Source: Octopus sinensis (Eukaryota). From it: a stretch of DNA of 64,000 nt. Where the stretch lies: assembly GCF_006345805.1 (NCBI RefSeq), contig NC_043008.1, forward strand, positions 44,702,001 through 44,766,000. The letters are read 5' to 3'. A program made the translations under genes and the position numbers. Below are positions 39,640 through 52,680 of the stretch, piece after piece. Every line of letters starts with the position of its first letter. Positions within the stretch are counted from its first letter, which is position 1. The notes beneath the pieces were generated by a model, which worked only from the letters and a program-made list of their open reading frames with translations, had not been told where the DNA came from and did not search any database.

Positions 39640-39800
39640 AAAATTGGTGAGAGAACTAAATGCCAATATGTCAACACTTTTCGATAACGAGATCGATAGA
39701 ATGACTCCGAGACTTAAACAATTTTCGATGATGATATAATGAACCAAAACACTTTAAGCCAATGCCCCAGCATGGTCGCAGCCCAATGACTGAAAACCAA
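39640..39800 (+). mobile_element. Degraded 3' part of SINE family B
   Basis: GAGATCGATAGAAT and CCAGCATGGTCGCAGCCCAATGACTGAAAC match the family B 3' end. Confidence 0.55.
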
Positions 39801-40129
39801 TAAATTTATAATACACCAGTAACATAATATGAGTGCTTAACTGAAAGGCTGTCTTTTCTTATCTTCAGGACAATTATTGGATTTGCTTTTGTCTGTATTT
39901 CAGAAATAGAAAAGATATTTGAGAAATTGTTTGTCAAGTTTCACGGTAACAATCTAACACAAAAATGCCACGATTGTGTTCAATATTTGTTGCTATGGTG
40001 ACACAAACACACATAGCCTACACACATAAATACATATACATATATCTCTCTCCCCCTCTCTCTCTCTCTCTCTCTCTCTCTTATATATATATACATATGT
40101 GTGTGTATATATATATATGTATTATATAT

Positions 40130-40161
<32 letters not shown>

Positions 40162-40423
40162 ATATAATATAAGCTATGTGTGTGTGTATATTATATATAT
40201 GTTTATATGTATACACACACGGACTCATATTTATACAAAATTTCTTTTATTGTATAATTCTTTTAGCGTTTCAGCCCAAATGCTGTGGCCATTCTGGGGC
40301 ACCATTAATAGTATGAGTTTCTCAATGGCCACTCTTTTCTAATTGGCTTTTGCCGAAGGAAAGAGTCTGATATTCTCTTAAATATTTTGCCATGACGTAG
40401 GTTCATCTCCGAGGTTGGAAATT

Positions 40424-40715
40424 ATTGTTTGTTCCTTCTCGAGCCACCCCTGGCTCATAAGGGCCGGTTTCCTGGTTTCCTTGGCGTATAGGTTCCCCAC
40501 CTGGGCGGGACGCCGGTCCGTCGCAGGTGAGCTGCAAGATGCAGGAGGAGAGAGTGAGAGAAAGTTGTGGCGAAAGAGTCAGCAGAAGTTTCGCCATTAC
40601 CTTCTGCCGGAGCCGCGTAGACCTTAGGTGTTTCGCTCATAAACACACACAACGCCCGGTATGAGATTCGAACCCGCGAATCCACTGCTCTAACCACTAG
40701 GCCATGTGCCTCCAC
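40424..40715 (-). mobile_element. tRNA-derived SINE family C
   Basis: Minus strand GTGGAGGCACATGGCCTAGTGGTTAG (A-box), GGGTTCGAATC (B-box), body CCTGCGACGGACCGGCGTCCCGCCCAGG. Confidence 0.8.
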
Positions 40716-41121
40716 TCTGAAGTTGGAAAGCAACAGCTCAAGTCATTTCTTGAAAGTATTTAGTCCTACTATGCATGTCTGTATGAATGCATGTATATAT
40801 GTGTGTGCGTTCTTAGCAAAAAGAATATATACTTGGTAGATGGTAGACGCTAAAAATGATTTAGTTAGCTTTTGGTAGATGAGCGAAGACAACGTGCTGC
40901 CGTTGAATGTATATAAGTGTGTGTGTGTGTGTGTGTGCATGGATTCAGAGCTGCGATGCTCTCTCCAAAATAGTGACAAATGTTAAGTCTATCGTAGTTT
41001 ATATTATAAATTTTAAAATAATTTGTATGATGTACATGCTAGCCATCTTTCGAAACTAATGAAAATATGAGCTTTTAAACATTAGACAAATATTAGTATT
41101 CAATTAAATAGTTTAGGAATT

Positions 41122-41158
<37 letters not shown>

Positions 41159-41899
41159 ATATGTATATGCATATGTATATAATATACATATATAGATATA
41201 GATATAAATATATATGTATATATATATAAATATATAATATATAATATATATATATTGTGTGTGTGTATATATTGTTGTTCTATGTATGAATATACGTATG
41301 TATGTGTGTGCGTGTATGTATGTATGTTTTATGTGCGTATATATGAAGATGGTGTGCTAATGTTTAAATGAACTCTTGTTTTTGTATATACAACCAATTT
41401 CGTTGATATCAATAAATCTAATGCGCTTCATATTGCATAAATCACCAGCATAAATATCTAAGAAACAAGGGCTTTTTTTTTGTCTTTGCTATTAAATATT
41501 AATTGTCTAATATATACTGCTTCTGTTTAAGTTTTCCGTTTAATAATTCCATTTCATCATTTTATTTTTTACTTCATTATTATTAATGATGGTCGTAATT
41601 CCGCTTAGCCGGAGTTCGACATTTATTGAGCAGCCATTTTAACTAAATCTTATCTCAGTTGTGACCATACTCATATTTTATAGTTCAATGACACTTGGAC
41701 TATAATAATTCGAGTTAGTCTTGTCTCGTATTTTTATAAAAGTAACACATAATTAGAAGGAGCTTTATTCATTATTTTAAGTATATCCATTGACGAAATA
41801 TATGCCCCTAATCACTGAATAATTTAGGGGATGCAAAAAAAATTAATATAAAATGTGAAGGATTAGTGAAGATATTAGAGTTAGTGACAAGTAATGAGA

Positions 41900-42510
41900 A
41901 ATAAGGAGTAGGGAGAGAGGGGGAGTATGAAAGAAGAGGAGAAGAAGTGTAAACAGAGAAGGGGAGAAAGTAAGGGGTATGGGGAGATGGTGAAGGGGAA
42001 GGAGAGAAGGGGATAGAAGAGGGAAGAGAGAAGAGCTAGAAGATAGAGGCGAGAAAGGGAGCGAAGAGAGAAGAGAGAAGGAGGAAAGAAGAGGGAGGAG
42101 AGAAGGGGAGTGAAGAGGGGAGAGAAGGGGAGAGAAGAGGGAGGAGAGAAGGGGAGGAAAGAAAGGGAGAAAAGAGGAGGGAGAGAAGAGGGAGGAGAGA
42201 AGGGGGGAAAAAGGAGGAGAAAAGAGGAGAAGAGAGTGTGGAGAAAAGGAGAAGAGGGAGGAGAGAAGTGGTGAGGTGAAAAGGAGGAGAGAAGGGGAAA
42301 GAAGAGGAAGGAGAGAAAGAGTAGAGAAGAGGGAAGAGAGAAGGGGAGAGAAGAGGGAGAAGATAAAGGGAGAAGATAAAGGGAGAAGAGAAGGGAAGAA
42401 GAAGGAGGGGAGAAGAAGGAGTGGAGAAAAGGGAGGGGGGACGGAGGTGGAGAGAAGTAGTGGGGGGAAAAGGTGAAGAGAAAGTGTCGGGAGGAGGGGA
42501 AGAGAAGAGC
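41900..42510. repeat. About 600-bp polypurine (GA-rich) low-complexity tract
   Basis: Almost exclusively A/G on the + strand, with degenerate GGAGA/AAGAG units. Confidence 0.95.
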
Positions 42511-42689
42511 GTAGTTATGAAAATGGGACATTACTATTTACTTTCATTTAAGGGTAACGTTCGCAATTATTAGGATATTTTGTGTAAGCACCAAGAAAAA
42601 TAATAAAAGTCATTATGCGTCTGCCATAATTACTATTGTGACTTCGTTTCCCGAAACCGTGCAGTGTGTAATGTGCTTCAACAAAACTT

Positions 42690-42970
42690 TTCCTGCATTA
42701 TTTACAGTATTTACATTATTTACATTTGACGGATATTAGTCCTCATTTTGTTTGTTGTTAACGTTTCGACTGATATACCCTCCAGCCTTCATCAGGTGTC
42801 TTGGGAAAATTTCGAACTCGGGTTCTCATTCCTCAGGTATTTTTCGATGCTGGTATTATTATTATTGTTGTTGTTGTTGTTATTATTATTATTATTCAGG
42901 TCACTGCCTGGAATCGAACTAGGAATCTTGTGCTTAGTAGCCCGCGCTATTAACCACTGCGCCATATGCC
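42690..42970 (-). mobile_element. tRNA-headed SINE with internal (AAT/AAC)n and hammerhead-bearing tail
   Basis: Head with A-box TGGCGCAGTGG, anticodon-like loop CTACTAA and B-box AGTTCGATTCC; then microsatellite; then GACAC-CTGATGA-A-GGCTG(GAGGGTATAT)CAGTC-GAA-ACGT at 42760-42800; ends in TGTAAATAA-like 9-mers. Confidence 0.65.
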
Positions 42971-42973
42971 CGT

Positions 42974-43005
42974 GGGCTACTAACCCCACGATTCCAGGCA
43001 GAGAA

Positions 43006-43096
<91 letters not shown>

Positions 43097-43100
43097 CTAG
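42974..43100 (+). mobile_element. 5'-truncated inverted partial copy of the same tRNA head, with (AAT)n(AGT)n
   Basis: GGGCTACTAACCCCACGATTCCAGGCAGAGAACTGAATAAT matches the minus-strand head with an internal deletion between GATTCC repeats. Confidence 0.7.
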
Positions 43101-43847
43101 AACCGGCTGTTTTAGCGGTAGCAGCACCAGTAGAATTCTAGTAGCAGCAGCTGTAGTAGGGGTAGAAGCGGCAGCAGCACCAACACTAGTGGCAGCAGCA
43201 GTACCAACAGAAACAAGAGCAGCAGCAGTAATGGGAGCCACAGTTGGTTGTTATATGTTCCGCGTGACATTCAAATATCCGTCCAGTATTTACATTGTTT
43301 CAAACAAACGTGTCTTATTTTTCTGAACAGAAATTGAAAATCAGTTTTATGTCGATGCCTAACAAACGTATACGGTGTATGTGTCTCGTAGGGATTGTGG
43401 TTAATCATTCCAGGAATTAGATTTTAATTGTTAATATAATGTCTTCGAAAATCTTCAGCTTCAGGTCACGTTTCGCACATTTTCGCTTCTTATCCAGAAT
43501 CGTAAAAAAAATGGTTCTATTTTAAGAATCTTTGTCAATAACTGCTGCTATTTGATAACAGAATCAATACCTGTTGTTGTTGCAGCTGTTATTTATCCGA
43601 AAATCCGCTTTGCTTCAGTGGACCTACATACATTCGCATACATTCCAACCACGACAATCCAAACTTACTTTTATAGAGTGTGGCTATGACTGTGGTAACT
43701 AAAATGTCTTTCATCTTCTCCAAGACAACAGGGTTCGATTTCTCTCAGATTAAGTTAGCTTCCATTTCTAGTCGATCAAGTGGTTTTAGAGCGCTTTCAT
43801 TTAATGACTTTGTGGTGGGAGATTAGCATTTAACACTCAGAGAGAGA

Positions 43848-43890
<43 letters not shown>

Positions 43891-43969
43891 ATGTATTTAT
43901 CGCTGTATTATGGGGTTTTGATAAATTTTCTGTTCTTTATTAGTGATTTAGACACTGACCGTTGGAATG

Positions 43970-44465
43970 GTTATAGTAAATTTCGTCGTAAACATTTTTA
44001 CCGTTGGAACATTTGCCGCAAGGAATTTCGTTTAAGATCACCTCTCTTTACTTTTTGCTCTTTAACTTGTTTCAGTGATTTGATTGCGGCTACGCTGGAG
44101 CACCGTCTTTAGTGGAGCAAATCTACCCCAGGACTTATTCTTTGTAAGCCTATTACTTATTCTGTCGGTCTCTTTTGCCGAACCGCTAGGTAGCTGGGAC
44201 ATAAACACACCAGCATCAGTTGTCAAGCAATGCTAGGGGGACAAACGCAGACACACAAACATACACACCTCATGAGGGTTTTTTTTTCTTTAATGTTTAA
44301 CGTTGAATAAAAGACTTGACTGTTTATTGTTTATATTAAAGCTTGTCATTCCTTTTTTTACTTAAAAAAAAATGCTTTACATTGTCCATACGACGAAATG
44401 TGCGACGGGGAATGTTTTTCTTTTCTTTTACGGTGAAATCTCTTACGACGAAGTTTCCGAACAAA
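43970..44465. mobile_element. Non-autonomous DNA transposon with about 70-80-bp imperfect TIRs (MULE-like subrepeats)
   Basis: Left AATTTCGTCGTAAACATTTTTACCGTT...AATTTCGTT; reverse complement of the right end AACTTCGTCGTAAGAGATTTCACCGTA...CATTTCGTCGTA. Confidence 0.5.
44045..44270 (-). mobile_element. SINE family B, 3' half
   Basis: GCTGGAGCACCG...CTTTTGCCGAACCGCTA...GTCAAGCAATGCTAG matches the 33352-33733 copy. Confidence 0.85.
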
Positions 44466-44806
44466 CACTGGAGTAATAAAATCATTTCTTCTCCCTTTCA
44501 ACTAACGTGTTTTTGCTTCCTTTGCTAAATTTTTGCAGCCTCGGTATTCTTTCTCCCTAAAGAAGGTTAAATCTCCAAAACAGTTCCATTAATCATTTTC
44601 TCATGACACACTCTTACATAATCATTCAGGCCATTAGAAAGCGCGGTTTAACCTCACTCACATTCCGTTCCATGCTCTTGGAAAATAGAGATGCGACAGA
44701 ATATTGTTTGTCACAACCGGCAAGTCGTCAGCCATAAGTTTGATATATAATGTGAGATTCTAAATTCCAAGAAGCCGGTGTGTCTCACGTGGCAAAATAT
44801 ATATAA

Positions 44807-45757
44807 ACTAGCAGTATAACCCGGCCTTGCCCGGGATTAAGTTACGATTATTAAGCTAATCAAGTTCTTTATTTCAAACCAAACTAAGTAATATCGACGT
44901 CAAATTTGGGTGAGATCCGTTGAGATTGGAAGGGTTATTTAAGGAAATAAAGATAACTTCTGTAATATGCTTGAAGGCCCTGCTGTGTTTGTAATGTTCA
45001 CGAGATATTTGAAAGGCAGTACTGATATGTTAAATAAATGGATTCTCAACAAAACACTTTTTTACTCGGCGTAAAATAAAAACAAAACTATTTGGCACCC
45101 AAAGTAATATACGTCTGGGAGAGGTGGGGAGAAAGATGAACGATTTAAAATAAATAGGGCAATTTAGCTGTTAATTCTAGTTTGTCGAGCGTCAACATTC
45201 ACGTCAGAGATTCATATTTTTCTAATACTTCAACAGATTTGATTTATACATTCTACCTAGCGTTGTGTAGACTATTTACTAATTATCCATAATTATTCAT
45301 AATCTAGTGGGCGTGTACATAATTTCATAATTATAAAAACAAACCAATTTTTTCTACGTACAAAATCATTAAGACATAAAAATAAACCTTCGCTTTATTC
45401 CTTAGAATACGCTTTGTCACCTACATTGTTTTCGAAAAGAGATATTGATTTTCCCCTGCAAACAAGACATCAAAATCAACAATAAAACATGCACATACAC
45501 AATCCAATAATATGACTTAAGGCTATATTAACGATTCTGTTGAAACTGTCAGACATGCACCGCGATAAATCAATCTTTGCAGCAGCCATATCTTCAAACG
45601 AAATGCGTTAATGAAATTTACACATAAAACCAAAAATGTGTGGCCAAATACGATCGTACAGAAATACTCGCGTAAATACGCAAACACAGACACAAATTAG
45701 AATATAACCACATAATTAAAATTACATTCCCGAGATAATAAACGTTTATATAATAGC
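44807..45757 (+). mobile_element. Possible Helentron/DINE-1-like non-autonomous rolling-circle element
   Basis: Starts ACTAGCAGTATAACCCGGCCTTGCCCGGG (ACTAG terminus plus subterminal hairpin); the 3' boundary is uncertain. Confidence 0.35.
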
Positions 45758-47015
45758 GAATTTGAATATCAATATGGAAGTGTCAGCAGACAGGAAGTAA
45801 AAAAAAACGCGGAATCGACCAGGCTCTGATGTGAATACACCACTTGAAACGGTACACAAATGTATCCGTCATCTTAAGAAATTGAGTCAAATACTTAATC
45901 CGTCTCTGGTTACAATACTGTTCACTTGTCTTTACGTAACATTTGTGGAAAACACTGTGATACAGTCTTTTGATCAAGGTCATCAGAATAATGGATAATC
46001 AACGAGGTTTGATTGTTTACCCCGTTAAATCTTTCTGAGTGAAAACCGTATGAAAAAGTAGTTATATTGCCTGCAATTTTCCTGTGAATAATGTGTAAAA
46101 AATATTACTATATTTATAAATTTGGTTTCCTTCATAAGACCTTGTTCTATTGCGTAATATTTTAACTTATGAAGAAAAATATTATGGTATCACAAAATAA
46201 AAATTGATACTTTACACACTATGCTAAATATATCTCAATCGCTCTGACAACTCCAAATATAGTATTGCCTAGAAGCCAAATGGTTTCTATATTAATAAAA
46301 TTTTCTTTCACTTTTATATACTAGAAAATAATGAAAATGCATAAATATAGCGTGTCTTGTTACAGAGTATCAGGTAATTGAGTGTCTTCTTTTCTGCCAG
46401 TCCTTTATGCAATATAACTGTCTCTACATATAGAAGATATAGAAGATATAATACATATAGAAGATATAATGCTATTCTTTCGTTCATTTATCAGAAATAC
46501 TTAATGACCTCTACGTTTATAGAGTTGCGTGCAGAGCTAAAAATAGAGATAGTTTTGCTTTCCGGCAGTCTGTTCTTCGAAAGATGTAGAATTCTGTAGA
46601 GTTGTAGATGAAAAAGTAATGCTGTTCAAATCCGTGCTACTTCTTCGGCCACCGATTCATTTATTTACGTCTAAGGTGATGATGCTTGAAGTTAGCACTG
46701 GTGGAAACGAGATACCACGAAAGTCAGTGAGATATCCTGTAATCCGAACATAAAGTTAGTGAAACCGAAAAAAACCGATGCCTACAACGCATCAATTGAA
46801 AGAATTTATACTACGTATTTAGCTAATAATTCTTCGCGCCTGGCAAGTAGCTTGTGTGTGGTGGTGATGGTGATAGGTCTAAACTACTGGCCTGGCCTGA
46901 AGGATTATTCATTGAATATGTAATATATGGCTGTTTGGCTGTTTGTTGACGACATGTTCCGTCTTCTAAGGGTAATACTATCCAATTCTTGTACCGTTTT
47001 AACGACGGTACTGCG

Positions 47016-47084
<69 letters not shown>

Positions 47085-47475
47085 TCTCTCTCTTTCCTAT
47101 CTTTTACTTGTTTCAGTCATTTGACTACGGCCATGCTGGAGCACCGCCTTTATCGAGCAAATCAATCCCAGGACTTATTCTTTGTAAGCCTAGTACTTAT
47201 TCTATCGGTTACTTTTGCTGAACCGCTAAGTTACGGGGACGTAAAAGCACCAGCCTCGGTTGTTAATCGATACTGGGTTGACAAACACAGACACACAAAC
47301 ATATACACGCACATACGTATACATATACATATATACAACAGGCTTCTTTCAGTTTCCGTCTACCAAATCCACTCACAAAGCTTTGGTCGGCCGAAGGTTA
47401 TAATAGAAAACACTTGCCAAAGGTGCCACGCAGTGGGACTGAACCCTGAACCATGTTGTTGGTAAGCAAGCTACT
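47085..47475 (-). mobile_element. SINE family B, near full length
   Basis: B-box GGTTCAGTCCC, CORE-like CCTTTGGCAAGTGTTTTC, internal (TG)n and the same 3' end as the other copies. Confidence 0.9.
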
Positions 47476-47598
47476 TTATTTCATCGAATTGACCATGGAG
47501 GTCGAACTCAGATAAAGGTACCTGCGGGCTGGACAGAGACATCAATGTGTATGAAAACGACGAAGATGGCAAATTATTATTTTTTATTATTATTATTA

Positions 47599-47633
<35 letters not shown>

Positions 47634-48489
47634 GAAAATATCAGATACTGAAGAGAATAATTCAATACCAAGTATTTGCATGTTTCACTCCCAGACACGT
47701 GTATTGATTCTCTTATCATGCCTTATACAAAAATTGGCGTCCGCACATTGAAACCGGTGAGGTATCCTATCATAGTATTTGGCAGCAGTTAAACTTATTC
47801 GGTTTACGTTTCAAACCACAAAAATGTATAAAAGACAGTAACACGCAATTGCTTTTTTGTTTCTAGAAAAGACTGGAAAATATCAGATTTCAGTTGGACA
47901 TTTCCAACAATTTCTTCAGACAAATGAATTTGAATTGCACATATATTGTGTGATTCCTCACTTGTTTTCGTATATTCTAGTAAGAAAACAACTTGAAGGG
48001 ACACAGGCACATTTACTCAAACATGTGTGTGCGTGTGTATATATTAATATGCATGAAAGAGAAAAGGTTTTTCTGTCTACGTTTGAGTGTGTGCATGTTT
48101 GTATGTGCAGAAAGATCTTTTCTACTTCGAATAACCACATCTTGTGGTTTAGATCCAATTAGATATATAGCCCTCATAATCACTTCAAGAAAATTAAATA
48201 AACAGATAGCAGAAAACCATTAATGTTAGATTTAGGCACGAAAGAGGCAATAGAAGAAGCCAAATGCATCTCAAACTACAGTTGGAGATAATATTGAATT
48301 GCTGAAGATTATAAAACTACAGAAAATAACGAAGCAAAATGTGTGGGTGCTGAAACAACTGCACAACACAACAAGAAATGTTTTCTAAATAAACATTCTA
48401 TATCCCATCATCGGCCGTTTCATTGGAAATATTTATGGCTTTGAACACTCATACGCACACACACTCATTCCTATCTACCCATCTACCTA

Positions 48490-48491
48490 TC

Positions 48492-48561
<70 letters not shown>

Positions 48562-48574
48562 ATATATTATATAT

Positions 48575-48622
<48 letters not shown>

Positions 48623-48686
48623 ATATATATGTATATGTATATATATATATACGTTTATATATGTGGGTATAAAGAATAGGTTATGA

Positions 48687-48721
<35 letters not shown>

Positions 48722-48850
48722 CATATATATATATATGTAAATATATATATATATATGCATATATATTCATTCGTATCTATCTATCTACCTATCATATATA
48801 TATATATATACATGTATATAACTGTGTGTTTGTGTTTGTGTTTGTATATA
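48490..48850. repeat. (TA)n microsatellite
   Basis: Direct inspection. Confidence 0.9.
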
Positions 48851-49429
48851 TGTATGCATGAACCTGTATTTATATCTATTTGTGTATGTGTACATAGAGT
48901 GTACACAATTGTAAGTTCACAGAAGTTAAAATATACTTTACAATTTTATACGCGTTATGCGATACGTGATTCGTGACACGTATCATCGTCGTATAGAATA
49001 TCATCTTGTAAAAACGTATCAGCATTTTCTGCTGTTTATTAGTTGTCTTCATACGAATTTAGGAAACGGTTTTGGATTCCTCGAAATTGGTTTTGAAATT
49101 GCAACGAAATGCACTTTTCCAGTACCTCATGAAAAGACAAGATTACTTCTAAAAAGATAAACGAATACAGACTAGGTTTGTTTCTTTTTCTCACAACTAT
49201 ATATGAACCGAGGAAGAAGTAGAAAATTATCTATTGATTGAGTATTGGTATATCAGAAACACCTAATTTTGATTGTATATTGATCCCTCTCAATCTTTTA
49301 TATGTTTAATTTTTCTTTAAATCATATTATTTCTTTGTTATTGCTCTTATACTTGTTGTTATCAATAGTAACATTATTATTCTACCTTTTTGCAAATATT
49401 TAAAAAATCATCATCCCCACTTCCATCAT

Positions 49430-49446
49430 CATCATCATCATCATCA

Positions 49447-49484
<38 letters not shown>

Positions 49485-49494
49485 GTATTATTAT

Positions 49495-49529
<35 letters not shown>

Positions 49530-49592
49530 TTATTATAATTACTACTACTACTAGTATCATTATTATTATTTTTACTATCATTATTATTAACC

Positions 49593-49623
<31 letters not shown>

Positions 49624-49770
49624 TATTATTATTATTATTATTATTATCATTATTATTATTACTACTACTACTACTAGTATTACTACTACTACTACTACTA
49701 CTATTATTATTATTATTATCATTATTATTATTATCATTATTATTATTATTACTACTACTACTACTATTAT
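49430..49770. repeat. (CAT)n(TAT)n(TAC)n compound trinucleotide array
   Basis: Direct inspection. Confidence 0.95.
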
Positions 49771-49779
49771 TGTTATCAA

Positions 49780-50008
49780 GGCGGCGAGATGGCAGTATCT
49801 ATCTCTTGCACGCCGGGTTAAGTGCTTAGTAGCATTTCGTCCGTCTCTACGTTCTGAGCTAAAGTTCAGCAGAGGTTGGCATTGCTTTTCGTTCTTTTCG
49901 AGATCAATGAATTAAATATCAGTGAAACAATGGTATCGATGTAATCGAATAGCCCCCCCCCCCCCGACAAAATTTCAGGTCTTATGCTTATAGCAGAACG
50001 AATTATTA
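49780..50008 (+). mobile_element. Degraded SINE family A, alternative tail
   Basis: GGCGGCGAGATGGCAG head, TACGTTCTGAG, ATCGATGTAATCGA, and poly-C/AAATTTCAGGTC tail. Confidence 0.7.
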
Positions 50009-50010
50009 TT

Positions 50011-50470
50011 TAGTGAGAGCGCTGTGCGTGCAGTCACAGAGGTACTGAGGTAAAATACATAATCATTATGACTACCCATCTGATAATGGTGCACAAAGTA
50101 CATGCATCAAAACCACATGTTCGCAACAAGGTGATCTCATATCAAGATAAATAGCATATGACCTTGCAAGGAAAGCCCAGTTAAAATTGTTTTCTGGTGG
50201 AGTAACCCACCCGCTAAAAAGGTTCCTGAATGAGGTTTGTTTAAGGATGAGGAACTAAACACACTTGTTTCCAAAGGTGGATTATCCAAACCCCAAAGAA
50301 TTCCTCTCAACACACGGCTATGATACTCCTCCACAACTTCTGCTCGTGTATCAGAGATGCAGATATCGCCAACCAGCAGGCGACATGCTCAACTGGTTAA
50401 GGTCAACAGACAAACTAATCTTTGGTATTGAGCAGAATATTTGCTGTAGCCCATCTTTCATACCAAGACA
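50011..50470 (-). mobile_element. AAT-tailed retroposon 3' region (family D)
   Basis: Aligns by eye with 56335-56806 (inverted) and with 63382-63757. Confidence 0.7.
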
Positions 50471-50556
50471 TAACAACGTACATGATAACCCTTCCAATCA
50501 GTTAAAATCAGAAGCCATGTGAGTCGAAGTCTGGTACTGCATCAGGCCTATATATA

Positions 50557-50620
<64 letters not shown>

Positions 50621-50851
50621 CGTTTAAATATTTGTTGTGCAAGATTTTTGTATACGAAATGGCAAACGGTTAGTAAGGAGAGACACAAATAAGAAAGAAG
50701 AAAACAAAGGACCACTGATGCGGTCACAGGAGTGTGCCGAAATAAGATTAAGATTAATGTAAAAAATAAATAACACTGAAGCAAGTAACACCAAATATAT
50801 AGTGCGTGTGATTTTATTGGCTAAACTAGCAAAATGACCATTCCGAAATAT

Positions 50852-50902
<51 letters not shown>

Positions 50903-50945
50903 ATATAAAAATTAGTGTATATTTCAACACAAATAAAAATAAGCC

Positions 50946-51023
50946 TTAACAGGTCACCTTACATGCTAGAAGGAGCAGTCAAAATTATGACTGTTCCTTC
51001 TAGCATAGAAGGCGACCTGTTAA
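50946..51023. repeat. 78-nt hairpin (36-nt arms, 32/36 complementary) bounded by TTAA
   Basis: TTAACAGGTCACCTTACATGCTAGAAGGAGCAGTCA / TGACTGTTCCTTCTAGCATAGAAGGCGACCTGTTAA. Confidence 0.9.
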
Positions 51024-51158
51024 ACGTACACTAATTTTATACGAAAAATATATCTATTGACTTTCTATACATGCTAGGCCACTGGTAGAAAAACATTTCT
51101 ATAATTTTTCCTACTATATATTAATTTTAAGAATATACATACAATCATATATATGTAT

Positions 51159-51195
<37 letters not shown>

Positions 51196-52509
51196 GTGTG
51201 TGTGTGTGTTTGATTGCTCAACATAGCATTGATGGATAAAGATTATTTGAGTGTTAAAAAGGCTAGCAATGCTTTCATGTAAAGAGTAATCTTTGCAAAT
51301 TTTGAAGTGCACCACACGGTAACAGTGATAATTCTGTCGAAGTTTTGATTAGATATCTCGACGACAACCTCATTACTCTTTTACATTTCTTCGGTATTTT
51401 TATTTGATTATTTTGCAATCTACCAAGTAATTTAGTGATATAAGAGACATTTTCCTCCATTTGAATATGTTAAAAATAATCTAGTTAAGCCTGTTTCCAT
51501 AAGTGGAAAGTGGTTATGTAAACCTCTTCAGATTATTACTATTAAATATTTTGCTATTTGCCAAATAATTTGAAGACTGATATAGTTCCTATATATTGAA
51601 AGACTATCAAGAAAACCGAAGGAATATGAAGTGCATATCTCAAGGAAATGTTGAAGATATTCTAAAGACATCTATATTCAGTGAGAGAAAAAAAATTCCG
51701 TTACGACGTCAGGACGTCTCAAAGTTGTTTAAGCGTTTGTATTTCTCAAGTGCATAAACCTGATAGCATATAATAGATTGAATATATTGGAAATATCTAA
51801 TGAAAAACAACAAACGTTTACACGATTGAAATGAAAATTTACTTAAATATCATTTCGTCCACGGTCGTTCCACTAGCAAACGTACTTCACAATGTTATTA
51901 ATAATTTAGTCGATTTTATTAGGAAAGGCAAATGTTTGAGATCAGTTGAAGATCAATGGAGTGACATTTTGTGTTACATTTGCACAGATTCTCAGGCCGA
52001 GCTTCTAAAGCCATTGAAGAACTAGTCATATCTCATTTCCTGAGTGAATTGAGTCGAAATGCAATTAATAGACCACCAAAAGCATTAGAAGCATGTTAAT
52101 ACAACACGTCTAGATCATCTATAATAAAATGTAAGGAGGGTTGCATCTACACACACATAGATATATATGTGTATATATATATGTATATATATATATGTAT
52201 GTATGTATTCACATGTCTATTTGCAAATAGAATATAGATATCTAGAATATAGATACCCGGCTCATAATCACCAGCATCGATATAGACGGCAATATACATA
52301 TATACTTACATATATATACGTATATACATACACACACATACACATTTTTATATGTCGCCGTCTCTCAATATATGAGTGTGTGTGTGCGTGTATGTATGTC
52401 TGCATCTGTATATATTCGTGTATGCGTGTATCCATATATATAAATATATATACATACAGAGGGAGAGAGAGAGAATGACAGAAACAGGGAAAGAATTAGT
52501 TTCGTGGAG

Positions 52510-52680
52510 AGATAGATGTACATCGAGTCCTATAATGGACGGGCATTTAATTTATCAACCCCGAAAGGATGCAATGCGACGCCCACCTCGCTTTAATTTG
52601 AATTCAAAAAAGTAAGTCCGGTTGAAATACCGTTAATCATTTTGTCCGGCTTGGCAATGATTATATAGTTAGAGCTTGCC
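52510..52680 (-). mobile_element. Old degraded SINE family A
   Basis: TTAATTTATCAACCCCGAAAGGATG and GAAATACCGTTAATCATTTTGTCCGG. Confidence 0.55.

Noticed and set aside
42897-42970. Genuine tRNA gene
   Set aside because: A and B boxes are present but the acceptor stem does not pair and it runs into a microsatellite; it is a SINE head.
50715-50742. CTGATGC...GCCGAAA hammerhead-like segment
   Set aside because: A9 is missing, stem II is poor, and there is no stem I or stem III.
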